A stretch of DNA of 64,000 bases from Cycloclasticus sp. symbiont of Bathymodiolus heckerae (lineage in GTDB: Bacteria; Pseudomonadota; Gammaproteobacteria; Methylococcales; Cycloclasticaceae), in NCBI GenBank assembly GCA_002101235.1, contig LWTL01000117.1, positions 27,432 through 91,431 on the forward strand. The letters run 5' to 3'. Below the pieces are notes generated by a model. It was given only the letters and a program-made list of their open reading frames with translations. It made no database searches and was not told where the DNA came from. Below are positions 54,219-63,420 of the stretch, one piece after another (position 1 is the first letter of the stretch; the number at the start of each line of letters is the position of its first letter). The position numbers and the translations under genes were made by a program.

Positions 54219-54935
54219 TTATTCGACTAGCGTACCGACATCTTCACCATTAACAAGGCGTGTTATAGCGCCTTTATCAAAAATATTAACAACCCTTAGT
54301 GGTAACTTATGATCCCGACATAAAACTAAAGCCGTTGCGTCCATCACATTTAAACGCTGATCAATCGCTTCATCAAAACTAATGCGTGAATAGAAAATAG
54401 CATCTGGGTTTTTAACCGGATCGTCAGAATAAATCCCATCAACCTTAGTGGCTTTAATTAGAATATCCGCATCTACTTCAATACCTCTTAAGCTAGCCGC
54501 TGAATCTGTTGTGAAAAATGGATTACCCGTTCCCGCAGCAAAGATGCACACACGACCTTTTTCAAGATGCCTAATGGCACGTCTTCGTTTAAAGCCTTCG
54601 CAAACCTGATTAATCTGTAATGCAGACATTACACGAACAGGCTGCCCTAGCGACTCAAGAGAGTCTTGCATCGCTAAAGCATTAATAACTGTTGCCAGCA
54701 TACCCATATGGTCACTGGTAACTCGATTTAGCACATCTGAAGCTGCTTCAGAACCACGTAATATATTTCCACCACCAATCACTAAACCTACTTCAACACC
54801 TGCATCACACAGCTCTTTTATTTCTTTGGCTAGCGCTAAGACAGTATCACCATCGATACCGCCTGTAGAGTTCCCCATAAGGGCTTCTCCACTAAGCTTT
54901 AATAAAATACGTTTATAGACTAAATCGCCCATCAA
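54219..54935 (-). CDS. pyrH: Uridylate kinase
   Basis: [16 protein letters not shown] and [13 protein letters not shown]. Confidence 0.97.
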   Translation of the reverse strand: MMGDLVYKRILLKLSGEALMGNSTGGIDGDTVLALAKEIKELCDAGVEVGLVIGGGNILRGSEAASDVLNRVTSDHMGMLATVINALAMQDSLESLGQPVRVMSALQINQVCEGFKRRRAIRHLEKGRVCIFAAGTGNPFFTTDSAASLRGIEVDADILIKATKVDGIYSDDPVKNPDAIFYSRISFDEAIDQRLNVMDATALVLCRDHKLPLRVVNIFDKGAITRLVNGEDVGTLVE

Positions 54936-55820
54936 CTATTCGCCTCTTGCTTGTGCCATCACTTCAGCAGCAAAATCATCTTCTTTCTTTTCAATACCTT
55001 CGCCTACTTCAAAGCGAACGAATGAAAGCACTTTAGCATTATTAGCTTTCAGCAACTGCTCAACAGTCACATCACCGTCTTTAACAAAAGGCTGGCCTAA
55101 GAGCGTAATACCTTTAAGGAACTTTTTAAGTTTACCAACAATCATTTTTTCAATAATTTCTGCTGGTTTACCGCTTTCTGCCGCTTGACCTCGAAAGATC
55201 TCTTTTTCTTTTTCAATTTCTTCCGCAGGTACTTCTGATTCAGAAACACACATGGGTTTAATCGCTGCAATATGCATAGCAATATCTTTCGCCAACGCCA
55301 TGTCACCGCCTTCCATCTCAACTAATACACCAATTCTGATGCCATGCATGTAAGAACCAACGATGCTGCCACTTGTTTTAATCGTTCTAAAACGACGCAC
55401 ATTGATGTTTTCACCCACTTTTGCAATTAAAGCGCGCCTTTTCTCATCGACAGTTACAGATTCACCAACAACTTGTGTTGAATTTAGAGCATCAACATCA
55501 GCAACGTCATTACCAACAACCGTATTGGCTACTGCAGATGTGAAATCAAGAAAGTCATCGCCTTTAGAAACAAAGTCTGTTTCGCTGTTAATTTCAACGA
55601 TTGATGTTATTGAAGCATCACCTGATGTCGCAATAGCAATAATGCCTTCCGCCGCAATACGACCCGCTTTTTTATCTGCTTTTGCCATGCCAGACTTGCG
55701 CATATTTTCAATGGCAACTTCTAAGTCACCGCCTGTTTCAACCAATGCTTTTTTGCATTCCATCATGCCAGAACCCGTTCTTTCACGTAATTCTTTCACC
55801 ATTGCAGCTGTTACACTCAT
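54936..55820 (-). CDS. tsf: Elongation factor Ts
   Basis: VKELRERTGSGMMECKKAL and NSETDFV. Confidence 0.98.
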   Translation of the reverse strand: MSVTAAMVKELRERTGSGMMECKKALVETGGDLEVAIENMRKSGMAKADKKAGRIAAEGIIAIATSGDASITSIVEINSETDFVSKGDDFLDFTSAVANTVVGNDVADVDALNSTQVVGESVTVDEKRRALIAKVGENINVRRFRTIKTSGSIVGSYMHGIRIGVLVEMEGGDMALAKDIAMHIAAIKPMCVSESEVPAEEIEKEKEIFRGQAAESGKPAEIIEKMIVGKLKKFLKGITLLGQPFVKDGDVTVEQLLKANNAKVLSFVRFEVGEGIEKKEDDFAAEVMAQARGE

Positions 55821-55959
55821 TTTCGAACCTCTATATTTTAAATTTAATTTTCACAGAGAACGTATACGCATTGAAAGTATACGTTTCGTTTAAGCGAAAT
55901 AAAACCCATCGCTATTCGAACCATTTCCCACAATCAATTTGTTCTCTGACGTACTGTAT

Positions 55960-55986
55960 AAAAACGCCTCCCAAAAGGAGGCGTTT
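55960..55986 (-). terminator. Intrinsic terminator/attenuator between rpsB and tsf
   Basis: Minus strand AAACGCCTCC-TTTTG-GGAGGCGTTT-TT: 10-bp stem ending in a U tract. Confidence 0.85.
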
Positions 55987-56011
55987 GATAGCTTTACTTT
56001 ATAAGTAGTGA

Positions 56012-56809
56012 TTAAGCTTCTTTCGTTTCTTCAGCTTTTTCTACTTTTTTAGCAACTGCCTTTTTAGCAGGCGCTTTTTTAGATATTGCTTTGGCAACCT
56101 CTTTATTTTCCACCAACTCTTTAATTACACTAGCTTTGCCTTCTAAGATTGACGCTGAAAAGCTTTGGCAATAAAGAGTTAATGCTCTAATAGAGTCATC
56201 ATTACCCGGAATAACATAATCAACATCAATCGGCTTGTTGTTAGTATCAACAATACCAATAACTGGGATACCTAGTTTAGCTGCTTCTTTAATCGCAATT
56301 TTTTCATAGCCAACATCCATTACAACAATTGCGTCTGGTGGACCTTTAAGATCTTTAATGCCGCCAACACTACGTTCTAGCTTTTCAAGCTGACGCATGA
56401 ATTTAAGACCTTCTTTTTTGCTGAAACGCTCTAAACCACCGTTTTCACGCATGTCTTCAAGTTCTTTTAGACGGTTGATTGATTTTTTGATTGTGCCAAA
56501 GTTTGTCAACATACCACCTAACCAGCGGTGATCAACATACGGCATACCGCAACGCTTTGCTTCAGTAGAAACTGTTTTACGCGCTGCTTTTTTTGTGCCT
56601 ACAAACATGATAGTGCCTTTGTTTGCAGCTAACTTATTGATGAAATTCAATGCATCATTAAATAATGGCAATGTTTTTTCTAAGTTAATAATATGAATCT
56701 TGCCACGCTCACCAAAGATGTAAGGGGCCATTTTAGGATTCCAGTATCTCGTTTGGTGACCAAAATGAACACCTGCCTCGAGCATTTCACGCATTGTGAT
56801 ATTAGACAT
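56012..56809 (-). CDS. rpsB: 30S ribosomal protein S2
   Basis: [28 protein letters not shown] and PGNDD; Ala/Lys-rich C-terminal tail. Confidence 0.98.
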   Translation of the reverse strand: MSNITMREMLEAGVHFGHQTRYWNPKMAPYIFGERGKIHIINLEKTLPLFNDALNFINKLAANKGTIMFVGTKKAARKTVSTEAKRCGMPYVDHRWLGGMLTNFGTIKKSINRLKELEDMRENGGLERFSKKEGLKFMRQLEKLERSVGGIKDLKGPPDAIVVMDVGYEKIAIKEAAKLGIPVIGIVDTNNKPIDVDYVIPGNDDSIRALTLYCQSFSASILEGKASVIKELVENKEVAKAISKKAPAKKAVAKKVEKAEETKEA

Positions 56810-56955
56810 TTTTTATTTCCTTCTTGTTGTATAGCCGTCCAGCTAAACTGAATCGACTTGGGTTGATAACTAACATATACCCCCATACGGTAACCTGATC
56901 TTACTCAAGCACCCTACCGAAATGTATTGATATATGCGAACGTATTGCCAAAACC
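56810..56955 (-). ncRNA. rpsB 5' leader (t44/S2 autoregulatory element)
   Basis: Minus strand CATTTCGGTAGGGTGC...TTACCGTATGGGGGTATATG...TCAACCC parallels the enterobacterial t44 leader (GGGGTG...ATATGGGATACGTG...AACCCC) as recalled, in the expected position. Confidence 0.65.
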
Positions 56956-56972
56956 GGCGACGCTTTATACCA
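56956..56972 (-). promoter_or_regulatory. rpsB extended -10 promoter with GC-rich discriminator
   Basis: TGGTATAAA-GCGTCGCC, nearly the same as the E. coli rpsB promoter TGGTATAAA-GCGCGCC as recalled. Confidence 0.75.
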
Positions 56973-57111
56973 TATCTGGCCAAAAACGACAATTTATACC
57001 TGCAAATTAAGTAGATAATCCTCCTTAGATGAAAAGCTGCTCAACTCAGCCTTTACGCTTTATAATTCAATGTTAACACCTTTAAATTTAGCCTTACCAC
57101 CTACAATCGAT

Positions 57112-57915
57112 ATGAGTATTACTTTAAAAACACCGGAAGAAATTGAAAAAATGCGCATTGCAGGCAAACTCGCCGCTAACGTTCTTGAAATGATTGCCGA
57201 ATATGTCGTCGCCGGCGTTACCACCGACGAGTTAGACCAACGCTGCCATGATTTCATGGTGAATCAACAAAAAACGGTTCCTGCACCGCTTAATTATCAC
57301 GGTTTCCCTAAATCTATTTGCACCTCTGTAAATAATCAAGTTTGTCACGGTATACCAAATCATAAAAAACTTAAAAAAGGCGATATTATTAATATCGACA
57401 TCACCGTTATTAAAGATGAATTCCACGGCGATACGAGCGAGATGTTTGTTGTCAGCGAACCCAGTATTTTGGCAAAGCGCCTTATAGATACAACACAAAA
57501 AGCACTATATCTCGGCATTAGCATGGTTAAGCCTGGCGCTAAGCTTGGTGATATTGGCCATGCGATTCAAACCTTTGCTGAGAGTAAACGCTACTCTATA
57601 GTCCGTGAATATTGCGGGCACGGCATCGGACGTGTTTTTCATGAAGAACCTCAAGTTTTGCATTACGGAAAAGCCGATACCGGTGTCGTTTTAGAAGAAG
57701 GCATGACATTCACAATAGAACCGATGGTCAACGCCGGTAAACGGCATGTAAAAGTACTACCTGACGATTGGACTGTGGTAACTAAAGACCGTTCTTTATC
57801 TGCGCAGTTTGAACACACACTGACTGTTACTTCAACAGGGTTTGAAATATTTACGTTGCGGAATAATGAAACGATTGAGCCTACTTATATTTCACCGGAA
57901 TACTTCCAATCATGA
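57112..57915 (+). CDS. map: Methionine aminopeptidase type I
   Basis: GFPKSICTSVN..VCHGIP, YCGHGIG, TIEPMVN and SAQFEHT. Start moved to 57112. Confidence 0.97.
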   Translation: MSITLKTPEEIEKMRIAGKLAANVLEMIAEYVVAGVTTDELDQRCHDFMVNQQKTVPAPLNYHGFPKSICTSVNNQVCHGIPNHKKLKKGDIINIDITVIKDEFHGDTSEMFVVSEPSILAKRLIDTTQKALYLGISMVKPGAKLGDIGHAIQTFAESKRYSIVREYCGHGIGRVFHEEPQVLHYGKADTGVVLEEGMTFTIEPMVNAGKRHVKVLPDDWTVVTKDRSLSAQFEHTLTVTSTGFEIFTLRNNETIEPTYISPEYFQS

Positions 57916-60542
57916 GTTCCGATATACCTAGCGCACCAAGCCCTATGCATAGCATTCCTGAAATAAAAGCCCGTATCCAAGAATTTAATGAAGACTTACT
58001 TGAGCGCGCCAAGTCTGATGAAATAATCGAAGTTTTACTTGAAGCTCGCAGTGACTTTATTGATCTTCTTCTAACCGAGTGTTGGCACAAAATTTTGGGT
58101 GAGCACAGCCATAAACTGTCATTAATTGCCACTGGCGGTTACGGACGCGCAGAACTTCACCCCTTCTCTGACATTGACCTACTTATTGTTTTTGATGAAA
58201 AAACCCTAGATGAATACAAGTCTGACTTGGAGTCTTTTTCCACATTCCTTTGGGATATAGGGTTAAAACCAGGCCTAAGCGTTAGAACAATTGATGATTG
58301 CTTTGAGCAGTCAAAATTAGATGTCACTGTTATTACAAACCTGATGGAAGCACGGCTAATAACCGGCTCTGAGGAATTCTTTGATGGTATGCAAGAAAAA
58401 GTCAGTGCTGAAAAGATTTGGTCGCCTGTTGAGTTTTTCCACGAAAAAGTTGATGAGCAACACAAGCGCCATTTAAAGTTTGGCAATACTGCTTATAACC
58501 TTGAGCCTGATATCAAAGAAGGCCCCGGTGGCTTACGAGATATCCAAACAATTCAATGGATTACACAGCGCTATTTTGGCTCTAATTCTCTGGGGGAACT
58601 CGTTAACCATGCCTTTCTTACTAAAGGCGAGTACCGGACTCTTATGAAAGGCCAACGTTTTCTTTGGAAAGTTCGTTTTGAACTACATATCTTGGCTAAC
58701 CGACCAGAAAACCGTTTGCTATTCGACTATCAAAAAAGTTTAGCTTTAGCCTTTGGTTTTGAAGATGGCAACAATAATCTCGCTGTTGAAGCCTTTATGC
58801 AGCAATATTATCGAACCGTTATGGAGCTTGAACGAATTAATGAGTTAATTCTTCAAATCTTTAACGAGGCCTTAGAAAACAAAACCATGGACGTGCACCC
58901 TATTAACGAATTCTTTCGAGTCGTTAATGGGTATATTGAAGCGACCCACCCCGATACTTTTAAAACAACCCCTGTTGCATTACTTGATATTTTTCTACAA
59001 CTTCAAAAACACGATGACATAAAAGGCGTTAGAGCAGCGACCATCCGCCTTATTAGAGAGAGCTTGCATTTAATTGATGATGAATTCCGTACACAACAAA
59101 CGGCTCAGCATTTATTTCTCGATATTATTCGGCAACCACACGGCATTACCCATCAATTTAGACGAATGAATCGATACGGTGTTTTAGCTGCTTACATTCC
59201 CGCTTTTGACGACATTATTGGGCGTATGCAATATGATTTATTTCATGCTTACACGGTCGATCAACATACCTTATTTATTGTTAGAAATTTACGCCGCTTT
59301 GCCTTAGAAAAGCACAAAGAAGATTTGCCACATTGCCACGAAGTATTCCAAAGCATTGCTAAACCCGAATTATTATATTTGGCGGGCCTATTTCACGACA
59401 TAGCTAAAGGCCGCGGCGGCAATCATGCTGAACTTGGTAAAGAAGATGCTATCGCCTTTTGCGAACAACACGGCTATAACAATTACGATACTCAATTAGT
59501 TGGCTGGGTTGTACAGAACCACCTCATTATGTCGATGACTGCTCAACGAAAAGATATTAACGACCCCGTTATCATTCATAAATTTGCATCTAAAATTGGT
59601 AGTTTAGAATACCTCGATTATCTATATCTATTAACCGTTGCCGATATTAGGGCAACCAATCCAACCTTATGGAATGACTGGAAAGGCTCCTTACTTAAAG
59701 AGCTTTATCACAATACGCAAAAACTTCTACGTCGTGGCTTACAAACATCCACCCAAGAAGAAGATGACATTAAAGACAAGCAATACCAAGCACGACAAGG
59801 CTTAAATAAACGGGGGCTTAACGATGAGAAAATTGATGCCATCTGGAATCATATCAGCAAGGATTACTTCTCTCGTTTTTCCATTGAAGATAGCATTTGG
59901 CATACCTTAGCCATTTCATCCTGTAGCGAAGACGAACTACCACTCGTTCTATTACGCCCTCAGACTAAACGTGGCGGCGCGGAAATATTTATATACGTTA
60001 ATGATCGGCATGGCATGTTTGCCGTCTGTACAGCAACATTAGACCAGCTTGGTTTAAACATCCTAGACGCACGAATCATTGCTACTCATGAAGATATCGC
60101 CCTTATCAGCTTTCATGTGTTAGAGGATACCGGCAGCCCCATCCCGGATTTATCGCGGGAACAGACCGTCGTTAACATCTTACGCCGTAACTTACTAAAC
60201 CCCGAACAGACAGTACTCTCTGTTGATCGACATAAAACGCGTCAATCTAAATATTTCGACACGCCAACTACCATCCAATTCAAAGAGGACCATCAAAAGC
60301 GCTTCACTATATTGGAAATAAACACCCATGATCAACCCGGAGTTTTATCCATCATTGGGCAATGCTTTAGCACCTGTCGAGTCAATGTTAGGAATGCCAA
60401 AATTACAACATTGGGTACCGTCGCCGAAGATATCTTTTACCTTACCGACAGCAACAACCAAATGATTACAGATAAAGCATTGCTCGACCGTTTAGAAGCA
60501 TTGCTTATAAAAGAGCTTTCTCCAGAAAGCGAAACTACTTAA
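57912..60542 (+). CDS. glnD: [Protein-PII] uridylyltransferase
   Basis: GGYGRAELHPFSDIDL, KEGPGGLRDI, HD domain (LFHDIAKGR) and C-terminal ACT domains. Confidence 0.97.
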   Translation: MSSDIPSAPSPMHSIPEIKARIQEFNEDLLERAKSDEIIEVLLEARSDFIDLLLTECWHKILGEHSHKLSLIATGGYGRAELHPFSDIDLLIVFDEKTLDEYKSDLESFSTFLWDIGLKPGLSVRTIDDCFEQSKLDVTVITNLMEARLITGSEEFFDGMQEKVSAEKIWSPVEFFHEKVDEQHKRHLKFGNTAYNLEPDIKEGPGGLRDIQTIQWITQRYFGSNSLGELVNHAFLTKGEYRTLMKGQRFLWKVRFELHILANRPENRLLFDYQKSLALAFGFEDGNNNLAVEAFMQQYYRTVMELERINELILQIFNEALENKTMDVHPINEFFRVVNGYIEATHPDTFKTTPVALLDIFLQLQKHDDIKGVRAATIRLIRESLHLIDDEFRTQQTAQHLFLDIIRQPHGITHQFRRMNRYGVLAAYIPAFDDIIGRMQYDLFHAYTVDQHTLFIVRNLRRFALEKHKEDLPHCHEVFQSIAKPELLYLAGLFHDIAKGRGGNHAELGKEDAIAFCEQHGYNNYDTQLVGWVVQNHLIMSMTAQRKDINDPVIIHKFASKIGSLEYLDYLYLLTVADIRATNPTLWNDWKGSLLKELYHNTQKLLRRGLQTSTQEEDDIKDKQYQARQGLNKRGLNDEKIDAIWNHISKDYFSRFSIEDSIWHTLAISSCSEDELPLVLLRPQTKRGGAEIFIYVNDRHGMFAVCTATLDQLGLNILDARIIATHEDIALISFHVLEDTGSPIPDLSREQTVVNILRRNLLNPEQTVLSVDRHKTRQSKYFDTPTTIQFKEDHQKRFTILEINTHDQPGVLSIIGQCFSTCRVNVRNAKITTLGTVAEDIFYLTDSNNQMITDKALLDRLEALLIKELSPESETT

Positions 60543-61224
60543 GGCGCGCATGACGATACATTTTCGCCAGTTTTTCAGGTGGTTGTTTAAAGAAGTAAAG
60601 CAAGCGTAAACGCCACATTAACAAAACAGTGCGTGCAACACCGTTTTTCTGCCAACGTCGGCTAGAGGTTACAACAGCGCTATTCAAACAAACTGGCAAA
60701 CATACTTTCTTAAGGCGTTTACTGATGGCAATATCTTCCATTAGCGCAATACGTGGATAGCCACCTATTTTTTGGAACAAATCTTTTGAAACAAACATCG
60801 CATGGTCACCGGTAACAATACCGGTCAAACACGAACGTTTGTTCATCATCGTTTCAATAACTCTATACACCCAGCTTTTCCCATCAAGCTTTACCTTAAA
60901 GCGCCCCCAATATGAATCTTTTACCGTATAGGCATTAAGTGAGTCGAACTCATCGTTAGGTAACTGCGTATCGGCATGCAAAAAAAGAAGGCATTGCCCT
61001 TGAGCAACACTTGCTCCTTTGTTCAATTGATATGCGCGCCCTTTTTCACTACTGATGACAAGGTCAACCAATGGTTCGGCAATCGAACACGTTGCATCTT
61101 CACTGCCGCCGTCTACGACAATTACTTCAACGCCTTTTTTCCGAAGGGGTTGCAAGCCTTGTAATGTTGAGGACAGAGCGTGTTCCTCATTAAGAACAGG
61201 GATGATGATCGATATTAAAACCAT
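60535..61224 (-). CDS. TIGR04283-type family 2 glycosyltransferase (arsenosugar-associated)
   Basis: IIIPVLNEE, VVDGGSED, GRA.Q.N.GA, LLFLHADT, LMEDI and TSSRRW; clustered with arsS/arsM. Confidence 0.88.
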   Translation of the reverse strand: MVLISIIIPVLNEEHALSSTLQGLQPLRKKGVEVIVVDGGSEDATCSIAEPLVDLVISSEKGRAYQLNKGASVAQGQCLLFLHADTQLPNDEFDSLNAYTVKDSYWGRFKVKLDGKSWVYRVIETMMNKRSCLTGIVTGDHAMFVSKDLFQKIGGYPRIALMEDIAISKRLKKVCLPVCLNSAVVTSSRRWQKNGVARTVLLMWRLRLLYFFKQPPEKLAKMYRHARLK

Positions 61225-61246
61225 TACACCCGCCTAATAGAACTTT

Positions 61247-62290
61247 CTAGCAACAAGAACCGCCTTCTTTGGCATTACTGTGTGCCGCGCCTTTTGTTTC
61301 ACTTGCAGGTCTCAATGTACCTGCTGGCGCGCACCATTTTTGCCCCACCGTTTCTTGTGCAGGCGTGATACCAATAAAATCATCTGCATAAGGGCCGCTC
61401 AATAAAAAATCATACGTACGCTCACATACGGCCATACGCTTACCACGGTAAAACACATGCCCTTCATCGTCTATTGTTTGCGCATACGGGCCTTTGTAAA
61501 TAACCGCATGGCCTTTATCAATACACGGAATATCTTCGCCTTTGGTTGCGGTAATCGTGACTGAGCGAAACTCAATCCCTTCCACTACTTGCCAAGGCTC
61601 AGCATCCCATTTATCGCATTTAACTGCTTTAAAACCCGCTTGTTTAAAACTTTCTAAAAACTCATCTTCTAAAAATGAACCTGAGATACAACCCGACCAT
61701 AATTCAGGATCAGCCTTTAAATGCTCGGGGATAGTTTCATCCGCTACAATATCCGACATCGCAATACGTCCCCCGGGCTTTACCACGCGAAAAATCTCTT
61801 CCACCAATTGCTTTTTATCGCTGTCGTTCACAAGGTTTAATACACAATTTGATAGCACTAAATCCACCGAGTTATCAGCAATCATCGGTTCTGCGCTGTT
61901 CGGGTTATCTAAACTATGTGATAAATCTTGAATTTGGCCTTTAACGAAACTTACTTTGTCGCCACCCAGTTTTTCAGCCATTTCAGGTTGATAGTGTCGA
62001 GCTAACGCCAACATTTCATCGTTCATATCCACGCCAATTACGCGGCCTTTATCGCCGACTAACTGCGCCGCCATATAGCAAATTTTTCCAGACCCTGACC
62101 CTAAATCAAGCACGACATCGCCGTCTTGAACATAACGAGACGGATCACCACAACCATAGTCTTTCTCAATCACCTCAGCAGGCAACATGGCTAGCAAAGA
62201 GGCGTCGTAATCAACGGGGCAACACAAACTCGGCTGCACCGCTTCTGCACCTTCTGTGTAACGTTCTACTACGCTTTCTTTCATGTCCAT
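61247..62290 (-). CDS. arsM: ArsM/AS3MT-like SAM-dependent arsenite methyltransferase
   Basis: SAM motif LDLGSGSG. Cys positions match ArsM/AS3MT: LCCP (C23/24), YGCG (C47), SNCV (C149), WSGCISG (C201). C-terminal SCC. Confidence 0.8.
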   Translation of the reverse strand: MDMKESVVERYTEGAEAVQPSLCCPVDYDASLLAMLPAEVIEKDYGCGDPSRYVQDGDVVLDLGSGSGKICYMAAQLVGDKGRVIGVDMNDEMLALARHYQPEMAEKLGGDKVSFVKGQIQDLSHSLDNPNSAEPMIADNSVDLVLSNCVLNLVNDSDKKQLVEEIFRVVKPGGRIAMSDIVADETIPEHLKADPELWSGCISGSFLEDEFLESFKQAGFKAVKCDKWDAEPWQVVEGIEFRSVTITATKGEDIPCIDKGHAVIYKGPYAQTIDDEGHVFYRGKRMAVCERTYDFLLSGPYADDFIGITPAQETVGQKWCAPAGTLRPASETKGAAHSNAKEGGSCC

Positions 62291-62414
62291 TTTTTAGTCC
62301 TCTAAAAATTCAGTGTTATAACAAATAAAGATTTTGTTCTCAGGCCAAGCATCAAAACAAAGCACAAGAAAGTTTATAATTTATACATGACGGTATGATG
62401 ACGAAAATTTTTCA

Positions 62415-63359
62415 TCACGTCAGTGAGCCACCACAGCTTGAACCACTGCCGGCAGTGCAACCATAGCAATGATCAGCAATTGTAATGGGTTGCTGGTTAA
62501 AGCTAACGTCCATACAGTTTGAAATATGTTTTTTGGAACCCGAAAAACCCGCAGATAACTCAAGCATTTGGTTAAAGTCACAGTCGTACCCTTCCCAATC
62601 GACACTCAATAAGCTTTTACACATTAAATTATTAAGGTTAACTGCTTGATAAGCCGATTTAAGCATATCCATATAGTTTGTAAACTGGCCTTTAGAAACA
62701 AGCGTGCTTCCAAAGCGCTTAATCGGCATGTTTGTAATGGTTAACAATTGGCTAAATTCAATACCAAAGTTTTCACGCAAGTGCGTTTTGTATTCCAGCT
62801 CGAGTGTTGCTTGGTTAGGAGGCAGTTGAGCGCCTTGCGGGTTAAAAACCAAGTCCAGTTGCAACGTTTTCCCATAGCCTAAACGGTTAAGTGTTTGCAG
62901 CGCCGATATGCTTTTATCAAACACACCATTACCTCGTTGTGCATCGACATTATCGCTGGAATAACATGGCAACGATGCAACGATTTGAACACCATTACTG
63001 GCCATAAACTCAGCCATATGCTCATAGCCATGCTCTTCTAATATCGTTAAATTACAACGGTCTATAACCGTCACTTCACGCTTTACTGCTTCTAATACAA
63101 TGTATTCGAAATGTGGATTCATCTCGGGCGCCCCGCCTGTCAAATCAAGCGTTTTAATATTGTGTTTATCAATAAACAATAACAACGTATCTATCGTCTG
63201 TTTATTCATTAACTCTTTACGCGTTGGCCCCGCATTTACATGACAGTGCAAGCACGACAGATTACACAAATAGCCCAAGTTCACTTGTAACGTGTCAAGC
63301 GCATGCCTATTGATAGATGGAAAGTCCGTTAGGGCTAATTTTTCGAGTGTTGAATGCAT
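62415..63359 (-). CDS. arsS: Arsenosugar biosynthesis radical SAM protein ArsS (radical SAM/Cys-rich family)
   Basis: LQVNLGYLCNLSCLHCHVNAGP (CX3CX2C), DLTGGAPEMNP, VIDRCNLT, ASLPCY, YDCDFNQML and HCYGCTAGSGSSCGG. Confidence 0.9.
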   Translation of the reverse strand: MHSTLEKLALTDFPSINRHALDTLQVNLGYLCNLSCLHCHVNAGPTRKELMNKQTIDTLLLFIDKHNIKTLDLTGGAPEMNPHFEYIVLEAVKREVTVIDRCNLTILEEHGYEHMAEFMASNGVQIVASLPCYSSDNVDAQRGNGVFDKSISALQTLNRLGYGKTLQLDLVFNPQGAQLPPNQATLELEYKTHLRENFGIEFSQLLTITNMPIKRFGSTLVSKGQFTNYMDMLKSAYQAVNLNNLMCKSLLSVDWEGYDCDFNQMLELSAGFSGSKKHISNCMDVSFNQQPITIADHCYGCTAGSGSSCGGSLT

Positions 63360-63420
63360 GATTTGCGAAATTAAAGACTAAGGCTCTGTTTAAAAACGCG
63401 ACAGCCTAACAGAGTGCTTA

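Noticed and set aside
55363-55893. 176-aa plus-strand ORF
   Set aside because: Antisense shadow of tsf with no recognisable motif. The same applies to the many 60-145 aa ORFs nested antisense in recJ, dnaE, dxr, lysS, suf and other genes.
56012-56110. AKK-rich low-complexity repeat at the S2 C-terminus
   Set aside because: Such tails are common on proteobacterial S2; not a DNA repeat element.
62409-62417. Possible selenocysteine read-through at the arsS TGA TGA
   Set aside because: The family's Sec-variable position (SS-C/U-GG) is TGT here, and the TGA codons follow the complete C-terminus.
63368-63420. GGCTCTGTT...AACAGAG inverted repeat as an IS5/MITE scar
   Set aside because: Only about 7 bp of symmetry, with no second copy in the window and no transposase; may simply be an RNA hairpin.
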